A stretch of 64,000 bases of DNA from Clostridia bacterium (GCA_017531925.1 JAFXKD010000048.1:103-64102); one strand, 5' to 3'; positions 18,155-27,207 are shown, counted from the stretch's first letter. Notes: generated from the sequence alone by a model not told the origin. A program made the numbers and translations.

Positions 18155-19771
18155 ATGCATCAGGCATTATACAGAAAATGGCGTCCGAGGACCTTTTCGG
18201 AGGTTTGCGGTCAGGAGCATATAACCTCCATTTTGAAGCAGGAGGCAACTGAGGGAAGATTTAATCACGCCTACCTTTTCTGCGGCTCCCGCGGTACGGG
18301 TAAGACTACCTGTGCAAAGATCCTTTCAAAGGTCGTGAACTGTGAGAACGTAGTTAACGGAGATCCCTGCGGCAAATGTCCTTCCTGTCTTGCCATTGAG
18401 AACGGCTCGACTACGGATGTGCTTGAGATGGATGCAGCATCCAACAACGGTGTTGACAATATCCGTGATATTCGCGATGAGGTCGTATATTCTCCCTCGT
18501 TCTTGAAGTACAGAGTATATATAGTTGACGAGGTGCATATGCTCTCAAACAGCGCGTTCAACGCGTTGCTTAAAACTCTTGAAGAGCCGCCCTCACACGC
18601 TATTTTCATTCTTGCGACGACTGAGCTTCACAAGCTTCCCGCAACGATAGTTTCAAGATGCCAGAGATTTGAATTCCGCAGGATCGCTACGGATATACTC
18701 ACCTCCCGCATCAAATATATTGCAGATCAGGAGAAAATAGCGATAAATGACGATGCCGCGCGTCTTATAGCAAGATATTCGCAGGGCGGTATGCGAGACA
18801 GCATCAGCCTTCTTGAGCTTTGTGCTTCGAGCGGAGAAAAGATAGACGTTCACGCGGTTAACGAGACTATCGGAAGTGCAGGACGCGAGCGGATGATGGA
18901 TGTGGCGCGCGCTATCGCAGACAAGAATTTTGAGTTTTTATTCGGTGAGATAGATGCGGTAGTAACGTCATCAAAGGATATTACGGTATTCTGGCAGGAT
19001 CTTATATCACTTTATAGAGATCTTTTGGTCGTAAAGACCGTTAAGGAGAGCGCAAAATATCTCGATCTTACCGATTTTGAAGCAAAAGCCCTGTCTGCTC
19101 TCGCTGAAAAGTTTTCACGCGAGATGCTCATTTACCACTGCAGGATGCTTGAGGAGGCTCTTTACTCCATGCAGGCAAGCGGTGCAGTGAAAAGGATAAT
19201 TGCGGAGCTTTGCTTCGTTAAGATGTGTGACGATACGCTCTCGACCTCGAACGAGGCGTTGCTTCTGAGGCTTTCAAAGCTTGAGGCAAGGGTGGCATCG
19301 GGTGTTCCCGTGAAGTCTTTGCAGGACAAGCCAGAGCAGAAAAAAGAGCCCGTTAAAGAGGTTGATACAAAGGCGGAAAATGAAAAAAAGGCAGTTACAT
19401 TCACCCAAGAGCCGGTGCGCGAGATAAAAAAAGCTCCTGTGTCGTCTGACGCGAGAAGCGTAAAGCCCCTTAAGGCTTGGAGCGAGGCTGTTCAGACTAT
19501 TCAGAGCGTGGATAAGGGTGCGTATCCGTTCCTCAAGAAAACGAGGGCTTATATAGGTGAGGATAACAGAATACACGTTCTTAATGACGGATTCGGCTTA
19601 TTCGCCATAGACAGACCCGATATCAAATCCGCTCTTGCGGCGGCGCTTTCAAGGTATCTTGAAAGAAGTGTTATGCCGTCGGATATCATCTACGAGCAGG
19701 ATATGGGTAAGATAAGGCTTGAGGATGACAACAGCGACCTCGACGCCTTTGATGATTTTATGAATAATTGA
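18155..19771 (+). CDS. dnaX: DNA polymerase III subunit gamma/tau
   Basis: MHQALYRKWRPRTFSEVCGQEH.., Walker A GSRGTGKTT, Zn module CGKCPSC, ..VYIVDEVHMLS.., SRC motif ..IVSRCQRFEF... Confidence 0.95.
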   Translation: MHQALYRKWRPRTFSEVCGQEHITSILKQEATEGRFNHAYLFCGSRGTGKTTCAKILSKVVNCENVVNGDPCGKCPSCLAIENGSTTDVLEMDAASNNGVDNIRDIRDEVVYSPSFLKYRVYIVDEVHMLSNSAFNALLKTLEEPPSHAIFILATTELHKLPATIVSRCQRFEFRRIATDILTSRIKYIADQEKIAINDDAARLIARYSQGGMRDSISLLELCASSGEKIDVHAVNETIGSAGRERMMDVARAIADKNFEFLFGEIDAVVTSSKDITVFWQDLISLYRDLLVVKTVKESAKYLDLTDFEAKALSALAEKFSREMLIYHCRMLEEALYSMQASGAVKRIIAELCFVKMCDDTLSTSNEALLLRLSKLEARVASGVPVKSLQDKPEQKKEPVKEVDTKAENEKKAVTFTQEPVREIKKAPVSSDARSVKPLKAWSEAVQTIQSVDKGAYPFLKKTRAYIGEDNRIHVLNDGFGLFAIDRPDIKSALAAALSRYLERSVMPSDIIYEQDMGKIRLEDDNSDLDAFDDFMNN

Positions 19772-19785
19772 AAGGAAATATAAAA

Positions 19786-20133
19786 ATGAAGGCAAGAATT
19801 CCAAACGGTATGGGCGGCGGTCCCTCTAATTTGAACGCTATGATAAAGCAGGCTCAGAAGATGCAGGAGGATATGGCCCAGAAGCAGGCTGAGCTTGATG
19901 AGCGCGAATACGATATAAGTGCGGGCGGCGGAGTAGTAGGCGTTAAGATAAACGGTAAGCGCGAGATCCTCTCCATCGATATCAAGCCCGAGATCGTTGA
20001 TCCCGACGATATAGAAACGCTCTCAGATATTCTCGTTGCAGCTATAAACGAGGCTATAAAGAGAGTAAATGATACCAACGAAAGAGAAATGCAGGCCATC
20101 ACGGGACAGATGAGTATGCCCGGTATGTTCTGA
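19786..20133 (+). CDS. ybaB: Nucleoid-associated protein YbaB/EbfC
   Basis: ..NLNAMIKQAQKMQEDMAQKQAEL...GGGVVGVKINGKREILSIDIKPE..DPDDIETLSDILVAAINEA... Start trimmed to ATG 19786. Confidence 0.9.
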   Translation: MKARIPNGMGGGPSNLNAMIKQAQKMQEDMAQKQAELDEREYDISAGGGVVGVKINGKREILSIDIKPEIVDPDDIETLSDILVAAINEAIKRVNDTNEREMQAITGQMSMPGMF

Positions 20134-20134
20134 T

Positions 20135-20734
20135 ATGGCGGAGCATATTGAAGCATTGCAAAGACTTGCCGAGCAGTTCGCGCGCCTTCCCGGAATAGGA
20201 AAAAAGAGCGCGATGCGACTTGCTTTTTCGATCCTTGAGCTTAGCGACGAGGAGGCGGAGAGCTTTGCAAATACGATCATCGAGGCTAAGGAAAAGGTGC
20301 ATCTTTGCCCCGTTTGCCAAAGCCTTACCGACAAGGACGTTTGCTCGGTCTGCAACGATCTCTCAAGGGACAGGGGCACTATAATGGTGCTTGAGGATAC
20401 CAAGGCAGTCTCCTCGCTTGAAAAGGTGAGGGAATACCGTGGTACGTATCATGTGCTTCACGGAGTTATCTCTCCTATGAACGGTGTTACACCCGATAAG
20501 CTCAAGATAAGGGAGCTACTTGCCCGTGTTGCAACGGATGAGGTAAGGGAGATAATCATTGCCACTAATCCAACGGTTGAGGGAGAGGCTACGGCTATGT
20601 ACCTTTCAAAGCTTTTAAAGCCCTTTGAGATCAAGGTGTCGAGGCTTGCGTACGGCATCCCCGTTGGCAGCGATCTTGAATATGCTGACGAGGTAACGCT
20701 TTACCGCGCGATCGAGGGAAGAAGAGATATATAA
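20135..20734 (+). CDS. recR: Recombination protein RecR
   Basis: ..LPGIGKKSAMRLAF.. HhH, a C4 Zn finger (CPVCQSLTD..CSVC) and a Toprim region ..IIIATNPTVEGEATA... Confidence 0.95.
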   Translation: MAEHIEALQRLAEQFARLPGIGKKSAMRLAFSILELSDEEAESFANTIIEAKEKVHLCPVCQSLTDKDVCSVCNDLSRDRGTIMVLEDTKAVSSLEKVREYRGTYHVLHGVISPMNGVTPDKLKIRELLARVATDEVREIIIATNPTVEGEATAMYLSKLLKPFEIKVSRLAYGIPVGSDLEYADEVTLYRAIEGRRDI

Positions 20735-20735
20735 T

Positions 20736-20771
20736 AAAAAATCATCATTCAAAATGAATGATGATTTTTTT
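20736..20771. terminator. Bidirectional terminator between recR and the histidine kinase gene
   Basis: aaaaaatcatcattc-aaa-gaatgatgattttttt perfect hairpin flanked by A and T runs. Confidence 0.75.
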
Positions 20772-20824
20772 CTTTGCCTGCGAAAATATACCGCCATATG
20801 GCTTATCGGTTTAACTCTCTTAGG

Positions 20825-21925
20825 CTATTGTTTATTAAGTATAATGGTGAATTTGCATCCCGCATCGGTATTATTTACCACGAATATCTCTCCGCCCTCA
20901 AGATCAACGATCTTTTTAACGAGTGCAAGTCCCAAGCCGTTTCCGTATTGCTTATGCGATGAGTCCTCCTGATAGAACTTATCAAATATATGGCTTTTTG
21001 CCTCATCGCTGATTCCGGGACCCTCATCGGAGATGGCAAAAACGATCCTTTGCTCAAAATTTGAAAGAGTGATATCGATCTTGCCTCCCTCGGGAGAAAA
21101 TTTAATGGCATTGCTTATCAGATTATCCCATATATGATGGAGCAAGCTTTCATTTCCAAGATAATCGGTATCGTCAAGCTCAATATTAAAGTCTATATTT
21201 TTTCGTTCCCATTCGCTTTCAAGTGAGAGAATGGACTGTCTGATCTGCTCGTCAAGGTCGAAATGAACTTTGTTCGGAACAATCGATTGGTTTTCAAGTT
21301 TGGAGAGGAGCAGGACGCTTCCCGTAAGGGAAGAGAGGCGGTTGGCATTGAAAATGATCTTTTCTATAAATTCCTTTTGCTCATCGGTGAGATTTTCATC
21401 ATCCTGCAAAAGCATAGAATAGCCCTCTATCGCTGCGATGGGCGTTTTGAATTCGTGGGAGACGTTTGAAATAAAGTCCGTTTGTATTATCTCAGTGACC
21501 TCAAGCTCCTTAGCCATCATATTAAAGCCCGTGTATATCTCCTGGATCTCCTTGGAATTGTTTTGTGTCTCAAGTCGGACGGAGTAGTCACCGTCCGCGA
21601 TCCTTTCCATAGCAGTTCCGACCTTCTGAAGGGGGTCGATCAGCCAGTGAGAAATAAAATATGAGCCGAAGATCGCAACGAGTATTCCTACCATTCCAAG
21701 CTCGATTATATCGGGAACATCGACCGCTTCGCCAAACAATGCGGTAAATATACCATCCATTGCCAAGGCTAAAAGCAGGCTGATAAGCAATCCTACGGAT
21801 ACTATTGCTATCAATCGTATGTTAAGAGTGAATTGCTTTCCCAGCTTTCTCATTTCTCTGAAGGAATCACGTTCCTGTAAATGAGATTTTAAAATGGTAG
21901 TTATTTTACCTTCTTTGATTTTCAT
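20825..21925 (-). CDS. Sensor histidine kinase (2 TM, short ~19-aa outer loop, HAMP, HisKA, HATPase_c)
   Basis: ..SNVSHEFKTPIAAIEGY.. H-box, ..NLISNAIKFSP.. N-box, ..DEGPGI.. and ..GNGLGLALV.. G-boxes. Overlaps the response-regulator stop (ATGA). Confidence 0.88.
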   Translation of the reverse strand: MKIKEGKITTILKSHLQERDSFREMRKLGKQFTLNIRLIAIVSVGLLISLLLALAMDGIFTALFGEAVDVPDIIELGMVGILVAIFGSYFISHWLIDPLQKVGTAMERIADGDYSVRLETQNNSKEIQEIYTGFNMMAKELEVTEIIQTDFISNVSHEFKTPIAAIEGYSMLLQDDENLTDEQKEFIEKIIFNANRLSSLTGSVLLLSKLENQSIVPNKVHFDLDEQIRQSILSLESEWERKNIDFNIELDDTDYLGNESLLHHIWDNLISNAIKFSPEGGKIDITLSNFEQRIVFAISDEGPGISDEAKSHIFDKFYQEDSSHKQYGNGLGLALVKKIVDLEGGEIFVVNNTDAGCKFTIILNKQ

Positions 21926-22593
21926 ATCTTTACTACCTTATATCCGACTCCGCGCATCGTTACTATCTTGAAGTCGGTATTGTTCTTAAATCTGTCACGA
22001 AGACGGGCGATATGTACGTCGATGGTATGAGTGTCGCTTTCGTTATCGTATCCCCATATCTCGTCCATCAGCTGGTGGCGGGTGAAGATCTTGCCCGGAA
22101 ATGAAGCCATCTTATAAAGAAGCATAAATTCCTTCTGCGGAAGCACCAAGCTTTCGTTTTCCGAATATACCGTAAGGGAATCGAGCTCAAGTATGGTCTT
22201 TCCAAAAATGAGTCTTCTGTCGTTTATCATCTGCGCGCGGCGGAGAAGTGCTCCTACACGAAGCACCATCTCGTTGATGTTGATGGGCTTGACCATATAA
22301 TCGTCCACTCCGTAGCTGAAGCCCTGACGCATATCCTCAAAGGCATCCTTTGCGGTTATGAGCATAATAGGGGTATTATTCCCGGAGGAACGGAGCGTTT
22401 TTACAAGCTCGTATCCGTCCATAACGGGCATCATAATGTCGGATATAATAAGGTCATAATAGTCCTTATCGAGGGTGTCCAAGGCTTCCTGCCCGTTGGA
22501 GACTCCCTTTGTATAATATCCGCTTTTTGTTAAAATGTGAGAAAAGAGCTGACGAAGCTCCTTATCATCCTCGGCTATTAGAATTTTAAGCAT
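21922..22593 (-). CDS. OmpR/PhoB-family response regulator
   Basis: MLKILIAEDDKELR..DLIISDIMMPVMDG.. receiver domain plus a winged-helix C-terminus ..IDVHIARLRDRF...MRGVGYKV... Confidence 0.92.
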   Translation of the reverse strand: MLKILIAEDDKELRQLFSHILTKSGYYTKGVSNGQEALDTLDKDYYDLIISDIMMPVMDGYELVKTLRSSGNNTPIMLITAKDAFEDMRQGFSYGVDDYMVKPININEMVLRVGALLRRAQMINDRRLIFGKTILELDSLTVYSENESLVLPQKEFMLLYKMASFPGKIFTRHQLMDEIWGYDNESDTHTIDVHIARLRDRFKNNTDFKIVTMRGVGYKVVKI

Positions 22594-22619
22594 ATATTTC
22601 TCCTTTTAAGAGTATTATT

Positions 22620-23183
22620 TCAGGCTTTAAGCGCTTTATTTTCTTTGATAACGTGATAAATGGACTTTGCATCGGGATCGGGCTTTTTGAGCAAAATACT
22701 CATAATAACTATCTCTATCATAGCAAAGCTTAGCAGTGCAAGGCAGAACAGGATGTAAGTGTCAATAAATCCAAAATGTATTGCAAAAGGGATCACCGAT
22801 ACAGCTCCCGCTACTATCTTGCAGGGCACGGAATGTATCATAAAGAATTTTTTGTGCTTTATGAAATTGATCACGGGTGAGATTATCCCGATCCCAAGAG
22901 CTATGACCATCCACAAGCCAAGCTTTTTGGTAAGGACCTTGCACGTAATTACAAGCTTTATGATATTCAGATCAAGCAGAAGGTCCGCGATCGAATCAAA
23001 GACCGCGCCGAAATATGATTCTGCTCCAAGGCTTCTTGCGATAGTGCCGTCAATGATATCGGTAAACATTGCTACGGAAAACAGCAGGATATATAAAAAT
23101 GTCATTTCTGTAAAGAAAAAAAGCAATATCAATGCCAATACCGTTCGTATCACTGTCAGGATATTTGGGATATTTTTCATCAT
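22620..23183 (-). CDS. CDP-alcohol phosphatidyltransferase (PgsA-like)
   Basis: Complete signature D-x2-D-G-x2-A-R-x8-G-x3-D-x3-D in ..TDIIDGTIARSLGAESYFGAVFDSIADLLLD... Start trimmed to ATG 23183 (AAGGAG upstream). The ORF-track start would overlap the upstream gene. Confidence 0.82.
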   Translation of the reverse strand: MMKNIPNILTVIRTVLALILLFFFTEMTFLYILLFSVAMFTDIIDGTIARSLGAESYFGAVFDSIADLLLDLNIIKLVITCKVLTKKLGLWMVIALGIGIISPVINFIKHKKFFMIHSVPCKIVAGAVSVIPFAIHFGFIDTYILFCLALLSFAMIEIVIMSILLKKPDPDAKSIYHVIKENKALKA

Positions 23184-23230
23184 TTTTCTCCTTATTATAA
23201 CATATTTTTCATAAATGTACAAGTGTTTTT

Positions 23231-23863
23231 TTACGATATAAGCTCCATTATTATATGAAGCAGGGATTTTGGGAAATCGACTCTCCAAATAGAGAGGAAG
23301 TTCTGATTTATAAGCATATAGAGTCCGCTGTTGAGCATATCGATGCTTAAAAGAACGGCAAGCGTTATTGAAGCGGTCTTAAGGACTTTTATATTCAAAG
23401 CAGAAAACCTGTTCAAGAGCTTCTCGAATGCATATCTCATAAACAAAAAAATTATGAGAGCAAAGCCGAGGCTTGTTGGGACGGATGTGTATTTGGTTAT
23501 ATGCAGCGGTATCATTGAATAATCCCACCAGATCACATTACATATTATTTCCACCGCATATCCGAGCAGTATTTCAGCTATACATACACAAAAGAATGCA
23601 ACGCTGAAATAGTAAAGATTGCTTTTTGATCCGGTTGAAAAGCTGATATGCTTACCTAAAAGCTTAGGACTTCTTGGAGTGCCAAAGAGCTTATACAGTG
23701 CAAGGAGAGCGAGACCGTAGCCCCAGAGAAAGGGAAGGATCATATTCTTATTATTAATGAAACCGTGTGTGAGGGCTGTGAAAATATTTTCAACGCAAAA
23801 TCCCATAAATGAAATTACAATAAGCACAAGTATAAGCGAGTAGGTGTTTTTCTTTTTTGCCAT
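23231..23863 (-). CDS. Polytopic membrane protein of unknown function (possibly the 'putative ABC-transporter type IV' family, from memory)
   Basis: About 210 aa with around 6 hydrophobic segments. Start trimmed to ATG 23863 (GGAG 8 nt upstream). Confidence 0.6.
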   Translation of the reverse strand: MAKKKNTYSLILVLIVISFMGFCVENIFTALTHGFINNKNMILPFLWGYGLALLALYKLFGTPRSPKLLGKHISFSTGSKSNLYYFSVAFFCVCIAEILLGYAVEIICNVIWWDYSMIPLHITKYTSVPTSLGFALIIFLFMRYAFEKLLNRFSALNIKVLKTASITLAVLLSIDMLNSGLYMLINQNFLSIWRVDFPKSLLHIIMELIS

Positions 23864-23998
23864 TGTTTTTTCTCCTGAAATTTTATGCATAATACTTCAT
23901 AATACGGATTAATAATACAACAAAAATGTTAACTGTATGTTAAATATAATTCAATAAAAGTTGATATACTATATAAAAGAAATGAAAGGAGTGAAAAA

Positions 23999-24769
23999 AT
24001 GAAAAGATTATTATTGGGTGCTTTGGCGGCTTTTATTATAATAAGCTCTGTGTTGGGGCTTAGCGGATCGGGAGCTGCGGAAGATTATTGGTATGTGAAG
24101 CGAAATGCCGAGCATAAGCAGCCTGAGTGCGACCCGAATTTAGCATATATAGAAAATTACGGTGGAGTTTACGTTGACAAAAATCACGCTGACGGTGACG
24201 CGGATAAGGTGATATATCTTACTTTTGACGCAGGTTATGAGAACGGTAACGTGAAAAAAATATTGGATACCTTGAAGGATGAGGATGTCAGAGGGTCATT
24301 CTTTATTTTGGGCAATATTATTGACAGAAATCCAGAGCTTGTAAAAATAATGGCGGATGAAGGGCATCTGGTCTGCAATCATACTCTCCATCATAAAAAT
24401 CTGACCTCAGCCTCGGAGGAAAAGTTCAAGGAAGAGGTGTGCGGGCTTGAAAGAAAATATGAGGAGCTGACGGGGAAGAAAATGAGCAAATTTTTCCGTC
24501 CTCCCGAGGGGACATTCAGCGAAAATCTGCTTAAAATTGCCGATGGTCTTGGGTATAAGACCGTTTTGTGGAGCTTTGCTTACGCGGACTGGGATAACGG
24601 AGCGCAGATGAGTGAGGATACTGCGATAAAAAAGATACTTGATAACCTTCACAACGGTGAGATAATGCTCCTTCATCCGACGAGCGCGACGAATGCTAAA
24701 ATTATGAAAAGACTTATTACCGAGCTTAAGGATCAGGGATATAGATTTGCTACGCTCGATGAATTATAA
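23999..24769 (+). CDS. pdaA: Polysaccharide deacetylase, PdaA-like (delta-lactam-biosynthetic de-N-acetylase)
   Basis: Signal peptide, ..YWYVKRNAEHKQPE.., ..IYLTFDAGYENGN.., ..HLVCNHTLHHKN.. NodB-type motifs typical of the sporulation enzyme PdaA. Confidence 0.78.
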   Translation: MKRLLLGALAAFIIISSVLGLSGSGAAEDYWYVKRNAEHKQPECDPNLAYIENYGGVYVDKNHADGDADKVIYLTFDAGYENGNVKKILDTLKDEDVRGSFFILGNIIDRNPELVKIMADEGHLVCNHTLHHKNLTSASEEKFKEEVCGLERKYEELTGKKMSKFFRPPEGTFSENLLKIADGLGYKTVLWSFAYADWDNGAQMSEDTAIKKILDNLHNGEIMLLHPTSATNAKIMKRLITELKDQGYRFATLDEL

Positions 24770-24771
24770 AG

Positions 24772-24795
24772 AAAAGCACCCTTGCGGGTGCTTTT
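24772..24795. terminator. Bidirectional terminator (pdaA / small ORF-parC operon)
   Basis: aaaagcaccc-ttgc-gggtgctttt perfect 10-bp stem with U-rich tails on both strands. Confidence 0.75.
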
Positions 24796-24806
24796 CTTGG
24801 TTTTGA

Positions 24807-24932
24807 TCAGTGAACGTGTCCTGCGTGACCGGTGCTTGCAAGAAGAGAAATAACTATCGTTGCCGCGCCGATGACCATAAGTCCTGCGAGTATGAGACAG
24901 ATCACTCTTACTATCTTTTTCTGCTTGTTCAT
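24807..24932 (-). CDS. Candidate 41-aa single-TM small protein with a His-rich tail
   Basis: ATG (complement of 24930..24932) lies 7 nt after AGGAGA. It translates to MNKQKKIVRVICLILAGLMVIGAATIVISLLASTGHAGHVH and is followed by the 24772..24795 terminator. It is below the ORF-track size cut-off. Confidence 0.45.
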   Translation of the reverse strand: MNKQKKIVRVICLILAGLMVIGAATIVISLLASTGHAGHVH

Positions 24933-24963
24933 AACGGTGTCTCCTGTGATGAATTATATTATT

Positions 24964-27192
24964 TTATTCAAAAATTTTTTTGATATCCTTTTCGGTGATC
25001 GCGCTTCCCGTTGCGGGGATCTTGATCCTTTTATATCCCGTGTTGTCAAGATGCTCTGAGAAGGTATCCGTTGCTCTCGTGAGCTTTTGTCCCTTTTTGC
25101 AAGTGAAAACGGTCGTGCCCGCGCTTGAACGGTTCGTCTTTATCGGAATAAGCGAGGTCTTGACAACTATCGCTTTTTTCTGATTGTTTACGAGCAAGAG
25201 ATCATATGGCTTTTTTTCGTCCTCGTAGAATGCCGCAACTATCGGAGATGCGTCACTGTACGCTCCGATAAGCTTCTTTCTTGCCGCCTTGGTCTGATAG
25301 GCGGTTATCGGAACCCTTACCGCCTTTCCGTTTTCAAATATGAACACCATATTGTGCTTTTCGGGATAATCTGTGATGATCTTTATGAATATCGGCTTTT
25401 CGCCGGGATCCATACCGAGCTTTGCGGGCATAAATTCACCCATATCACTTGCTTTGCAGTTGTCAAATTCGCTTACCCTTGTTTTGAATACCTTACATTG
25501 GTCAGTAAATACGATAAGCTCTGCAAGAGTGTCGGTGAATGCGGAGAACACGACCTTGTCGCCCTCCTTGACCTTCTGCTCGTCGTTTCCGCGAAGCGAC
25601 TGAGGTGTGATGCGCTTGAAGTATCCCTCGCGCGTCATATAGATGTGAACGTCGCTCTTTTCAATATGCTCCTCGTGTACGTATTCCTCAACCTCGGAGT
25701 CGTCCTGGATCATAGAAACACGGGGCTTGCCGTATTTTTTCTTGACCTCGCCAAGCTGCTTTGCTATATAACCCTTGAGCTTAAGCTCGTCCGCAAGAAT
25801 TGCCTCGATCTGAGCTATCTCCTGTTGAAGTCCCTCGATCTCGCTGATTCGATTGATAATAAATTCGCGGTTAAGGTTACGGAGCTTGATATCCGCGATA
25901 TAATCAGCCTGAACCTCATCGATGTTAAAGCCCTTCATAAGATTCGGGATAACGTCGCTATCCTTTTCGGTTCCTCGGATAATGGCGATAGCCTTGTCGA
26001 TGTCGAGAAGTATCTTTCCAAGACCCAAAAGAAGATGGAGCTTGTCCTTTTTCTTCTTGAGGTCGAAGTTGAGCTCTCTGCGGCAGCATTGCATACGGAA
26101 TTTTATCCATTCCGTAAGTATTTCCACAACGCCCATCTGTCTTGGTGAGCCGTTTATCAATACGTTGAAATTACACTTGAAGCTATCCTCAAGAGGAGTC
26201 ATCTTATAAAGACGTGTCATAAGCTTATCGGGGTCCGTTCCGCGTCTGAGATCAAGCGTGAGCTTGAAGCCCGACAGGTCTATCTCGTCTCGGAAATCGA
26301 CTATCTCCTTGATCTTGCCCTCCTTGATAAGCTCTGTGAGCTTTTTCATAATAAGCTCAATAGAGGTGGAGTAGGGTATCTGTATGATATCGATGCAGTT
26401 CTGAGCCTTGTCGTAAACGTAGCGCGCGCGGATCTTTACAGATCCCGAGCCTGTCTCATATATCTGGCGCATCATATCACGGTTATAGATTATAGTTCCG
26501 CCGCCCGGAAAATCGGGAGCCTTCATTATCTCAAGGATCTTGTCAACGCTCGTTTTGGGGTTCTTGAGTATAGCCACCGTGGCGTCGCACACCTCGGCAA
26601 GATTGAATGAGCATATCTCACTCGCCATACCTACCGCGATACCCTTGTTTGGAGTTACAAGCACATTGGGGAACGAGGTGGGGAGGAGAACGGGCTCCTG
26701 CATAGTGCCGTCGTAGTTATCTATAAAATCAACTGCGTTTTTATCTATTCCTCGGAAAAGCTCTGCACAAAAGGGGTCAAGCTTTGCCTCGGTGTAACGG
26801 CTTGCCGCGTATTTCATCTCCGAGGAATACTGCTTACCAAAGCTACCCTTGGAGTCAACAAGAGGATGGAGCAGAGCCTCATTACCGCGCGTGAGACGTA
26901 CCATCGTTTCGTATATTGCCGCATCACCGTGTGGATTGAGCTTCATCGTCTGACCGACGATATTTGCGCTCTTGGTCCTGTTGCCCGTGAGAAGTCCCAT
27001 CTTATACATCGTATAGAGAAGCTTTCTGTGAGCGGGCTTAAGACCGTCGATCTCGGGGATCGCACGCGAAACTATAACGCTCATAACGTAGGGCATATAG
27101 TTTTTCTCAATGGTCTCCGTTATAGGCTGAGGTATCGCAGGCTTGTGGATTATTTCTTTCTTTTCAAGTGCTTTTTTTGATTTTTTAGCCAT
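24964..27192 (-). CDS. parC: Type IIA DNA topoisomerase subunit A (ParC/GyrA-like)
   Basis: 742 aa. ..SRAIPEIDGLKPAHRKLLYTMY.., ..HPHGDAAIYETMVRL.., active-site region ..YAASRYTEAKL... Short C-terminal beta-pinwheel region. ParC versus GyrA cannot be settled by eye. Confidence 0.82.
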   Translation of the reverse strand: MAKKSKKALEKKEIIHKPAIPQPITETIEKNYMPYVMSVIVSRAIPEIDGLKPAHRKLLYTMYKMGLLTGNRTKSANIVGQTMKLNPHGDAAIYETMVRLTRGNEALLHPLVDSKGSFGKQYSSEMKYAASRYTEAKLDPFCAELFRGIDKNAVDFIDNYDGTMQEPVLLPTSFPNVLVTPNKGIAVGMASEICSFNLAEVCDATVAILKNPKTSVDKILEIMKAPDFPGGGTIIYNRDMMRQIYETGSGSVKIRARYVYDKAQNCIDIIQIPYSTSIELIMKKLTELIKEGKIKEIVDFRDEIDLSGFKLTLDLRRGTDPDKLMTRLYKMTPLEDSFKCNFNVLINGSPRQMGVVEILTEWIKFRMQCCRRELNFDLKKKKDKLHLLLGLGKILLDIDKAIAIIRGTEKDSDVIPNLMKGFNIDEVQADYIADIKLRNLNREFIINRISEIEGLQQEIAQIEAILADELKLKGYIAKQLGEVKKKYGKPRVSMIQDDSEVEEYVHEEHIEKSDVHIYMTREGYFKRITPQSLRGNDEQKVKEGDKVVFSAFTDTLAELIVFTDQCKVFKTRVSEFDNCKASDMGEFMPAKLGMDPGEKPIFIKIITDYPEKHNMVFIFENGKAVRVPITAYQTKAARKKLIGAYSDASPIVAAFYEDEKKPYDLLLVNNQKKAIVVKTSLIPIKTNRSSAGTTVFTCKKGQKLTRATDTFSEHLDNTGYKRIKIPATGSAITEKDIKKIFE

Positions 27193-27207
27193 TTTTCAAT
27201 GTCCTTT

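Noticed and set aside
19337-19354. First A-run in dnaX (cag aaa aaa gag) with a -1 frame TAA four codons downstream
   Set aside because: The run is in the register G AAA AAA, not X XXY YYZ with identical X, so P-site re-pairing would be poor. Only the second site (19384..19390) is in the canonical register.
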